Assembly (NCBI GenBank): GCA_043228905.1
Contig: JBHGNT010001107.1
Coordinates: 1-12,004, forward strand
From: Azolla caroliniana
Taxonomy: Eukaryota; Plantae; Polypodiophyta
Direction of reading: 5' to 3'
DNA: 12,004 nucleotides
Position numbers and translations under genes: made by a program. Shown here piece after piece: positions 1-8,578 of the stretch; positions within the stretch are counted from its first letter, which is position 1, and each line of letters begins with the position of its first letter. A model generated the notes under the pieces. That model was given only the letters and a program-made list of their open reading frames with translations, was not told the DNA's origin and made no database searches.

Positions 1-1446
1 ACCTTTTGAGCAATCATATGTAATACAGCATACATGCGTTTAGTCGCTAAATTGTTAGTTATATCTCAGAAGATCAAACTACCCAACTTGCTGAAAAACG
101 ATTTTGTTCTTTTTTTTTGGAGAGACAGTTGGAAACTTATAGAGAAGCCTTATTTAAGGCAAGTATACTCCCGTGCAGAATTTATCAACATAAGACCAAA
201 CCATCCATCTACTCTACTTACAAGATAATTGTTGCTTTGTCTGAACTGCTCAAGGATGAAGTGAAAATACTTCGACTATCATGTGGTAGAATTATAACTA
301 GAGCTCCAATATATGTGCTTTCGGTTTGAAAACTCTATTACTTTGGTTTTTTAATGCCAACTGAAGTTGCTAATCAAGTAGCTAGAGAGAGTAGAATCAT
401 AGGTGTCACAATCTGAGACACATTTTTCCATGAATATTGCTGAAGTTCCCATTGAATGCTCGGTGACTTCCGTATATTGATGGACCAATGTCAAACAAGT
501 TTTCACCCAACACAAGAAAGTAACCATTCTTGTACATTATAAAGTCATAATTGTGATCATTTTAGGTAGGTTGTAAAGGTATAATTGAATTTCCAAAAGT
601 AGTATCTATCCGCTCTGACATTCGAACCTAGCAAGCTCATTAGAATTCTACTTTGCACCTCTAAATTTTTCTATATAAGAAGAAAATGTAGATGTAGATA
701 AAAATCTAATTTCCTATTCAATAAAATGTTCTTTACCTTGTAATGGTATCTCTAACGAATGGGAATTTTAAGAAGATATTCATTTCCAGAAGAGGTCCGT
801 AAGTGGATGTTTGAACTAGGTATAGTTTAGTTGAGTTATACCAGAACATGACTTGTTACATTAATATGTTTGTGATCTTGGAAATATTGGACAAAAATCA
901 CAACGGTAGAGGATTGATTAGAAGATGATATCTATAAGTGGGTCGACTCTTATGAAGTCCTTGGGAGTGCAATGGCTTAAGGTGTGGATTCCTACATGAA
1001 GCTTGAGTGTCTTCAACATCTATGACAAATTGTCAAGATGCCCCTTGTCTGACTTTCCGACCTTATCCGAATGGTGGTGCTTTTGGTGTGCTTACATATA
1101 CCTATGCTCCATTTTTTATATATCGTTTTCTAGCCTTCAAAAATTAATGTCTACCTCTACATGGAGAAGTGCTAATAAAACCAAGCTAGTTTATTTCTTT
1201 GCATTGGTTTAAGTATACTTTTGTCCTCATTTCTAGTGGTTGCCACCCTTAGTATCATCTATTTCATCTATGGAGGACGTTTTCTTTATTCCGTCATGAC
1301 CAAGGTCAATTGGAACTTGTCACATGCCTTTCTCTTCCAACATTGTATCATATATTGTGTACTTTAAAGGGGAAGAGTTGTGAACTTAATGGGAGGCTTT
1401 ATGAGATCAAATATAGGTTTGTGAGCTTATGAATTTGAATCTCAAT

Positions 1447-1675
1447 CACATGTTTAGTATGGGAACATGTGTTGTGTTTTAGCAACATGTTCTATGAACC
1501 ATTTGATTTGTATTTTGACAATGTGCTAGATGGAGCACATGGTTACTGTTTGAAAAACATGTTCCAAGAGCACATGATATGTCCTAGAAATGTGCTCTAT
1601 TGAACATTGTATTGTCTTTTAAGTTGCATGCCATTAGAGCACATGATAGACAACTTTCTCTATAGGGCACATTGT
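1447..1675. repeat. Degenerate ~34-bp tandem array with palindromic core ATGTGCTCTA-TAGAGCACAT, about 7 copies
   Basis: GAGCACAT-like motifs end at about 1468, 1502, 1540, 1575, 1607, 1644 and 1672. The unit at 1521-1540 is ATGTGCT-AGATGG-AGCACAT, a perfect 7-bp inverted repeat. Confidence 0.7.
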
Positions 1676-2284
1676 CTAATAGCAATCTTTGAGGGTGTGT
1701 GGTGTCAGGATATTCTATTGATCGTGTGTTGGGTTTAATTGGTTGTGTGGTTGGTGGAGCACGTGGTCATTTCAATCCCTCACTCACTCTCTTTCTCTCT
1801 TCTATAGTATTGCACTCCTCTTTGAATAAATAGCTCATTGGTACATCGGTGATACTAGTGCTTTTCCATGGGGTTGAAGTATGGAAAGAATATTAAATCA
1901 TTTCTTTATTGATGTTTCCCCAAACAAGATACAAATTGCATACATACATCATACATGCTTCTATTTCTTGAGATCAAACCATTTGACTACATGATCACAT
2001 TGATTTCCATATCATAAAAAAAAAATCATATATAATTCTAAAATGTCAAAACTTTGACACAAAACCACATATAGTTTTCTTGTGACACTATTGACACAAT
2101 AACTTGAAGTTTTATGAGTAAGTAGAATGGCTAACAACATATTTTGTCTTGATGTGTTTTAGCAAAAAAACAGAAATGGAATGGCATGAAAACATTAAAA
2201 GGGGGCCATAATAATTTGAAACATGAGGAATATACATACGTCTACTTTAATAAGTATTAGGGGGCATGCTAGAGTTCACAAATG

Positions 2285-2775
2285 TTTTTCTTGTTTGATG
2301 CGTGAGCCACAATTTGTGTCGATATGTTTCAAGCCATTATTTCTTGTTGACATGTTTTAAGCAACAACTTGCTTTGATATGTTTTCAATCGACTATTTGC
2401 AATGTCTCAATCCTATTTGTGTTGATTTGGTTAAATCCACTCTTGACGTCAATATTTTCAACCCACTTGTTGTGTTTATATGTTTCAAGCCACTGTTTGT
2501 GTTAAGACATTTCAAGTTGTTATAATGCTAGTCGTGTTGATATGGTTCAAGGCATTTGTTTATATTGATATGGTTGAAGACATAGTTAGCGTTTGATATG
2601 GTACAAGGCATTGTTTATATTTGATGTAGTTGGAGACACTGTTTGTGTTTGATATGGTTCAAGACACTATTTGTATTAAGATTGTTCAAGCCTATATTTA
2701 CACTAATATGATACAAACCTACTTATGTGCTTAATAGGTTTTCAAGGCACTTTTCGTGTTGATATGTTTCATCCA
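2285..2775. repeat. Degenerate minisatellite, ~27-28 bp unit, roughly 17 copies, consensus approximately GTTTGTGTTGATATG(T/G)TTCAAG(C/A)CACT
   Basis: Recurrent units include tttgtgtcgatatgtttcaagccatt (~2313), ttgtgtttatatgtttcaagccact (~2470), gtcgtgttgatatggttcaaggcatt (2531), gtttgtgtttgatatggttcaagacact (2641) and ttcgtgttgatatgtttca (~2752). Confidence 0.85.
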
Positions 2776-3079
2776 TAATGTAAGCTAATATACTTTCATT
2801 TTGATTCTCTTCTCTTCTCTTTACCAAATTTACTTATGTAAACAAAACAAAACAAAAAAGAGGAAAGGAATCAAAGAATCCAAATTGTTTTTTTAATGGA
2901 CAATAACTTGTGTTCATGTTGCATATATTTGTTGATAAAAAACTCCAAGTTGCTTCAAAGATTTATCCGAATCCAGCCATTATCACAATTCATACGGGAT
3001 CGTGTGAAATGATCTATCTATCATAAGTGCATACATGTTAGTACATATATGTATGAGATATAACACCACAATAAATGCA

Positions 3080-3540
3080 GCATATAACTCACAATCATAC
3101 AACATTCCCAAAATTAATCTTTGGTTTCTCGAGAAATAGTTCTAGCATGGGACGTAATAATAACAAGGCCACATTCATGTCTACATAGATGAGACAGAGG
3201 ACAAAGATGACAATGGCCATGTGGAAGCAGATAGCTTTTGAGGATGCATTTGACAATGGAGTCAAAAAATAGGAGGTCTACATTGAAAGCTAACAAAATA
3301 AGTTATCCCAAAGTTCTACTTACATTAAGTAGAAAGTAAGAGACGATATGTACGTAGTCTCATATTCTTGAACTCAACCAGGAGGTGATTCCCCAATTTA
3401 TATACTTGTGTAGTTTGTTTGTAAAAAACTCTCCTAACTAATGGGAATGTAGCTCCTTTTTTGGAAAAAAAATTGTTCTCCCAAAGTTTTTGATGAATTC
3501 CGAGTGAAAAAGGTTGGGGCAAATCATGGCGTGAGGAAGC
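3080..3540 (-). mobile_element. Possible highly decayed LINE ORF1 (DUF4283-like) remnant
   Basis: The broken minus-strand translation QVYKLGNHLLVEFKN..., followed by ...RPPIFD... and ...CGLVI..., loosely follows the motif order of plant L1 ORF1. It has many stops and frameshifts, and the resemblance was judged by eye only. Confidence 0.25.
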
Positions 3541-3649
3541 TGCATTATTAAGGCTTAGATTCCTAAAATTTCTCCTAGAGGTGTTAAAAAGATTGGTTGA
3601 TCAATATCACTCGCTTTCACCAATTGTAATTCCATTACCCTAGTAGTAA

Positions 3650-3780
3650 GTTATAACCTCGGGCTACTAGCCAAGGTCTTGGCTTCAAATCCCAGTTTTC
3701 TCAACTCGCTATTACTCTATACATGTCCTCTTAATTTATTAGATGCCATTGTAGAATGTAGGGGGTTATAACCTCGGGCT
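3650..3780. repeat. Exact 16-bp direct repeat GTTATAACCTCGGGCT (3650-3665 and 3765-3780)
   Basis: Seen directly; start-to-start distance is 115 bp. Confidence 0.85.
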
Positions 3781-3895
3781 TACTAAATCAAATAAATGAT
3801 TCTTCCATGCTATGAATTATGGGAAGGATGACGTACTTGTTGGGGTTATCTTTCTAATTTCTCTCACACTAGGAATCAATGCCGAGCCTCAAGTA

Positions 3896-4108
3896 CCTCC
3901 ATCAATAGTCCCGGGTATCTCTAGAGGGATCAAATCCATCAACTATGTCCATCAATGGAGGTATAATTCTCTCCTAAATTATCAAATACATCGACTATCT
4001 CCATCAATGGAGGTTCATTTGTCTCCTAAATGACCAAATACTTCAAACTTTGTCCCTAAATGGAGTCTCAACTTTCTCCATCAACAGAGGATTCCCTCCA
4101 TCAATTGA
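3896..4108. repeat. Cluster of TCCATCAA motifs including an imperfect 52-bp tandem duplication
   Basis: TCCATCAATGGAGGT occurs at 3948 and 4000, each followed by TCTCCTAAAT..CAAATAC. Further TCCATCAA copies occur near 3898, 3935, 4077 and 4097. Confidence 0.75.
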
Positions 4109-5338
4109 GTAGGTTTAATTATCTTTGAAAGGATCAAACACACTGCCAATATAGTAGTCTCAAATATCTTTGTCAATAAAGGAGGCATTGCTTATGCATT
4201 TATGTCCCTTTGCTTGCTACAAATCTCGTTTCTTCCTTAAAACATACATTATCTCGATCAAGGGAATTTGTTATGGGTTCATTTCCATCATTTGACACAG
4301 AACAATTGTTTTTTCTTAGCAGTGGATAGTACAGAGGAGGAATCATTTCCATCATCTCACTCAGAATCTCTCAAAATCTTGATTCTACCATAACCATGCA
4401 TTCAAAGCTAGATCGAAAAGAATTGGGTCTAAATGAAGAGGATTCAACCCACACTCACTTTGATCTAAATGAAGATTGGATACATGAAATGAGTACCTTG
4501 TATACCTTTTAAGGTTTACATGAGTACAAGGATGATGACGGTGATGATAATTGAGCAATCTTTCAAACGTGGCAAATCATTTTGATTTAACAGTTTCCAA
4601 TCAAAGATATGGTTGAAAATATATGCACATTTGATTTCTCTAGGATAATATGATTTTTGCTTTGTTAAATGTGAGGATATCCGTCTAGCCAACCACATGG
4701 AACTTGATGAAAACGTGGTTTTCGCCCTAACCAACCACACCACATGGACATTGGCGATAAAGAAAAACCTTTAAACCAAATAGAATTAACATTTGTAAGC
4801 TTAGTACATAGAAGGAACTACACAAGGTGAATCATAGGTTTCATTGCCATACGCAAGACTTTAAAGTGTAGTACAGTAACAGAGTAGAATAATATTTTTT
4901 TTTAACTTGAATTATCCTTTGGAAATCTTCTGATACTCTTTGGTTAACATTTGAATATCTTCTTTTATTACTCCCATTACAATATACACTGCAATCAATT
5001 CTCACTTTTTTAAGTAGGGTATGTATATTATATTTTTGTGCTTCGCAAATGCTTTGTGTTCAAGCAAACAAGCATCACATTCATAAGCAACCATATAGAG
5101 AGTTACATTTGCTTTTCTAATTTTATTATATATAGTTGGGTGATCAAACTCATGAACAATCAGTGACATTGGCTAGGAAACTGTTGCTGATATCATACAA
5201 ACTTATGGTGATCAAATTCGTGAGCAAGGTCTGTTGTCGCTAGAAAAATTACCATCCATATTCATATGGATGCCCTATGTGGACAGCACTTGAATATCAA
5301 AGTTTTTTATTTCTAATCAAGAAACTAAAAAGAAATAC

Positions 5339-5715
5339 CTGTTAGTGTAGAAAGGCTCAAAGAACTATCACACGGGGAAAGGGCATCCTCTAAACTAATC
5401 AACAAAAGAATCCTTAGAGACCTAAATAAAAGCTTAAATCTTAAATATGCTGAAAATTGTTGGAGAGGAGTGCTCATAAAACTCAAAAACCAAAGTGTTA
5501 ACTCATCTTCGCCCAATGATGTACACAAAGAAGCTTCTCAACCACAACAACAAAAAAGCTTCTCAATAACATTTGGAAAGAAGACACCTTTATCTTTAGA
5601 GTATAGCTGTGTGTGTACATTTCTATAATCTTTACAGATTTCAAATGCAAAAAGAAAACGAAAAAATCTTTTCGTTGAAACGTAAGAAAATTTCCTATTA
5701 TCTGGAAATTCATAC
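5339..5715 (-). other. Candidate 3' UTR intron
   Basis: On the minus strand there is a donor CTGAG|GTATGA (GT at 5715-5714), a T-rich interior and an acceptor CCTTTCTACACTAACAG|G (ending 5339). There is no transcript evidence. Confidence 0.35.
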
Positions 5716-5827
5716 CTCAGAAAGTTGGCACACTAGTATGTAGAATTGTGTTCAAGGATTCTTCTTTCTTTCCTTTTTCGTTCTACAAAAAAGTTTCCAC
5801 AAAAAACCCTAACAAATTCTGAAGTCT

Positions 5828-8353
5828 TTAGAAAGAGGTTGGTTCTGATAAAGTTCTGAAACAATGACCTGCTATGCCCCTTAGTTGCTTATTATGTGTG
5901 CCCTTTTCCAAGAAGGAATTGAAGTCCGAAACCGAGTTTTCAAAATCAGACTCTGTTGTTGCTGCTCTAAATTTGGCATCTACAGCTTCCCTTTTTAGGT
6001 AACTATGTGGTTCTAAAGATGAGTTCTCCCCAGCAAGATCTAATGATGAACTTGTGGTCCTTGATAGAGCTTCCCCCGATGACGATGGCGTTCTGAAGCT
6101 CAGATCAGCAACAGGATTTCTATACTTCATACTCCCACTTGGAAAGCTATTGAATCTTCTTGAACCAGCAAGAGATTCTTTCAATTCATCACGCACTGAT
6201 TGCATATGCACAATACCAGAATTTGACGACAAATGACTCTCTGATGGTGGTACAGGAACATCCCTCTTTTTTGAAAAGAATTGCCATCCCCCCACAAGAA
6301 TAGCCATGATTACAAACAAAGGACTATTCCAAAACTTAGTACCCGAATGTGCATGCTTGTATACAGGCAAATTAGACTTGTAGATACCAACGTAGCCACC
6401 TCCAAACCCTAAAACTACCAATCTCTCTCTATTGCAAGCCATGAGCAGGTGGTTATTACGCCTTGGAATCTCTGTGCTGAGGAAACTGAGCACTATCTCA
6501 TCTATAGGAGTTGTGAAAAGCAGCTTTGGTAGATCATGCGAGGTGGTATTATAAACAAGAAGCTCCTTGTTGGTTGCTACTAGAAGATATCCTTTGATAG
6601 CTTGAGGAAACACCTGTCCTTCTACTTCATGTCTCCTTCTGAACCTCACATTGCATTGAAAGCGAAGGGTATCACCAGACAAAGCCACATGTATTATGGC
6701 CCCTTCAACAGTGAAGCCATGAGCTTTTGGACGGCCAGATGCATCAAATGCATATGATAGAACTCGGGAAGCATTCAATCCTTCACATTGCCCACCTTGA
6801 ATGGATAGACTTCTCAAATCTACAGATGCAACACCATTCTCTGTGAGAAATAGTAGCCTTTGTGAATTGGGAGATCGTAAGAAAGTAAGGGGTCTGCTTG
6901 ATGCCCTTGCAGCCCCATAAAATGTACCATTTTCTCTAAAAACCCGAATATTCCCACCAGCATCTGTGGCTAGAACATAACGCATTTTTCCAACTCTATA
7001 CACCTCAAGAATTGTGACTGTGCTATTAACTAAATCATCTTTAGATCTATGGATTACACCATCTTTCCCTTCCCCTTGATCATCAGATGAGATCAATGCT
7101 GATTTTATATCATCCTCACTATGGGAGGTAAGTGATTTAATGTGTACAATACAAAGGTTATTCCTATCATCTCCATGTGAATGGACCCTATGTGGATCTG
7201 TTTGAGAAAGTTTGTGTATGAGCACAGCACCATCAGCATGGCCGGTTAGGAGCACAGTTTCATTTCTTCTCGTAAAAAAAGAAAGCATAGCTGTGATGGG
7301 ATGAGGAGACATTGTCAAGAAATCAACCAATAAATCTCCATGCAATGAGAAGATATAAACTCTCCCTGTATTCACACCCACAGCAACGTACTTACTTAAA
7401 CCCTCTTCTCCTTCATGAGGGAGAACATGCAAACAAGTTACATCTCCTTCAACTTTTACCGCTGATAGGAATTGGAAATGCTCAGACCAAGCTGGTTTAT
7501 ATCTAGCAATAGTCATTCCTCCATGCTCGTATTTGTTTTTCTGCTTTATAGCTACCTCCATTGAAGATGACATAGAATCCACTATTTCTTTACTTGTTTC
7601 TTCATTACCTGCATTTTTATCATTGACTTTTATACCTGTTTCTTCTCCACTTGAATCTTTATCGTTTACTTCTACACCAATTTCTTCATCATTCACATTC
7701 CTATAAGAGCTTGATGCTTCTTGTACTTTTCTCTTTGTATGAATAGAAAAGCTCTTCAGGGAATGAACTTTTTGATCTAATAATGGCAGAACAAACTCGT
7801 TCTCGAGCCTTTCAGTCACTTGTTCGAGTTTTCTGATGATTCTCTCAAGATTTTGAAGCTGGTCCCTCTGCTTAAGTATCAGAATGTTCATTTGTTCAAT
7901 GCTTCTTCTTTGTTCCATACATGCTTGTTCATTATTAGTTTCATGGAAACCCCTGGAATCATCAAAATATACACAACCATCGGAACCAGAAGAAACCATT
8001 CCTGGAGCTCTCCCTGTATCAGGGCTAGGTTTAAATCTCACGCCATCTCTTTCATCATCAAAAAATGTCTTCTTTTCATTATTAGTTGGGCTAAATTTCA
8101 CGTCATCCCTTTCATCCATATCCAACCCATAATCAAAAAGGGTCTTTTCTCCATCATAATTACGGTTAAACCTCACATCATCCTTCTCTTCTCTGTATAG
8201 AGCATCAACATGTGGCTTTTCTGGCATCACTTCTACACCATAGTCAATAGACCCAAATTCTGAAGAAGAAGAAGAAGAAGACCGAACTGACGCAGTGAAG
8301 AGGGACAGCAAGATGCCCCCTAAACATATCATTTTGATGGTCATTCTTACCAT
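5828..8353 (-). CDS. At1g75140-like uncharacterised plant type I membrane protein (841 aa; signal peptide, coiled coil, probable WD40-like beta-propeller ectodomain, single TM)
   Basis: Uninterrupted 2526-nt ORF in AT-rich DNA. It has a hydrophobic N-terminus (MICLGGILLSLFTASV), a heptad-like segment at about aa 146-187, and a TM helix followed by basic residues (WNSPLFVIMAILVGGWQFFSKKR). From memory, the motifs ARYKPAWSEHFQFLSAVK, GLSKYVAVG..GRVYIFSLHGDLLVDF, ILEVYRVGKMRYVLATD.GG.IRVFRENGTFYG and VVLGFGGGYVGIYKSNLP match the At1g75140 family; no search was run. N-glycosylation sequons (NET, NST, NGT, NAS, NTT) lie N-terminal to the TM. Confidence 0.9.
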   Translation of the reverse strand: MVRMTIKMICLGGILLSLFTASVRSSSSSSSEFGSIDYGVEVMPEKPHVDALYREEKDDVRFNRNYDGEKTLFDYGLDMDERDDVKFSPTNNEKKTFFDDERDGVRFKPSPDTGRAPGMVSSGSDGCVYFDDSRGFHETNNEQACMEQRRSIEQMNILILKQRDQLQNLERIIRKLEQVTERLENEFVLPLLDQKVHSLKSFSIHTKRKVQEASSSYRNVNDEEIGVEVNDKDSSGEETGIKVNDKNAGNEETSKEIVDSMSSSMEVAIKQKNKYEHGGMTIARYKPAWSEHFQFLSAVKVEGDVTCLHVLPHEGEEGLSKYVAVGVNTGRVYIFSLHGDLLVDFLTMSPHPITAMLSFFTRRNETVLLTGHADGAVLIHKLSQTDPHRVHSHGDDRNNLCIVHIKSLTSHSEDDIKSALISSDDQGEGKDGVIHRSKDDLVNSTVTILEVYRVGKMRYVLATDAGGNIRVFRENGTFYGAARASSRPLTFLRSPNSQRLLFLTENGVASVDLRSLSIQGGQCEGLNASRVLSYAFDASGRPKAHGFTVEGAIIHVALSGDTLRFQCNVRFRRRHEVEGQVFPQAIKGYLLVATNKELLVYNTTSHDLPKLLFTTPIDEIVLSFLSTEIPRRNNHLLMACNRERLVVLGFGGGYVGIYKSNLPVYKHAHSGTKFWNSPLFVIMAILVGGWQFFSKKRDVPVPPSESHLSSNSGIVHMQSVRDELKESLAGSRRFNSFPSGSMKYRNPVADLSFRTPSSSGEALSRTTSSSLDLAGENSSLEPHSYLKREAVDAKFRAATTESDFENSVSDFNSFLEKGTHNKQLRGIAGHCFRTLSEPTSF

Positions 8354-8373
8354 AATCTGGTTGCAGCGGAAGC

Positions 8374-8505
8374 TCAGAACACAAAATCTATGCGTTCTTT
8401 TTCATCTATATATAATAGCCATAATCCATCTTTTCTCTGCATATATTTGGCTTCAGCTTTGACGGTGGAAGGATCTGTTATACAATCAGAGGCAGAAGGT
8501 GCCAT
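8374..8505 (-). promoter_or_regulatory. Candidate 43-codon upstream ORF (MAPSASDCITDPSTVKAEAKYMQRKDGLWLLYIDEKERIDFVF*)
   Basis: Translated by hand. The ATG at 8505 is in a GCCATGGC context and the TGA at 8376-8374 ends 20 nt before the main ATG. Whether it is in the mature mRNA is unknown. Confidence 0.4.
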
Positions 8506-8523
8506 GGCCAGAACGGAACCGAT

Positions 8524-8524
<1 letters not shown>

Positions 8525-8576
<52 letters not shown>
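8525..8576. repeat. (CT)26 / (GA)26 microsatellite in the leader or leader intron of the gene
   Basis: Perfect 52-bp CT run seen directly, about 170-220 bp upstream of the ATG at 8353. Confidence 0.97.

Positions 8577-8578
<2 letters not shown>

Noticed and set aside
34-392. RNase H-like domain (LLVISQ ... EVANQVAR)
   Set aside because: The catalytic DS and HxxRxxNxxAD residues are absent, so the resemblance is too weak.
1447-1675. CRISPR-like repeat-spacer array
   Set aside because: The repeats are highly degenerate, the spacers are only ~12-15 bp, there are no cas genes, and the context is plant nuclear DNA.
1836-1853. CA-TTGGTACATCGG as a retroelement primer-binding site
   Set aside because: It does not match the tRNA-Met PBS (TGGTATCAGAGC) beyond 5 nt.
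2285-2775. CRISPR array or coding ORF 2302-2505
   Set aside because: The units are contiguous with no unique spacers, and the ORF is a by-product of the minisatellite.
1741-4740. Inverted 11-bp match (GTGTGGTTGGT at ~1745, ACCAACCACAC at ~4730) as transposon ends
   Set aside because: It is too short and low in complexity, and no TSD is seen.
6054-8200. Plus-strand ORFs 6054-6236, 7312-7506, 7820-8200 and 7884-8132
   Set aside because: They are antisense shadows of the 841-aa CDS, start at non-ATG codons and show no recognisable motifs.
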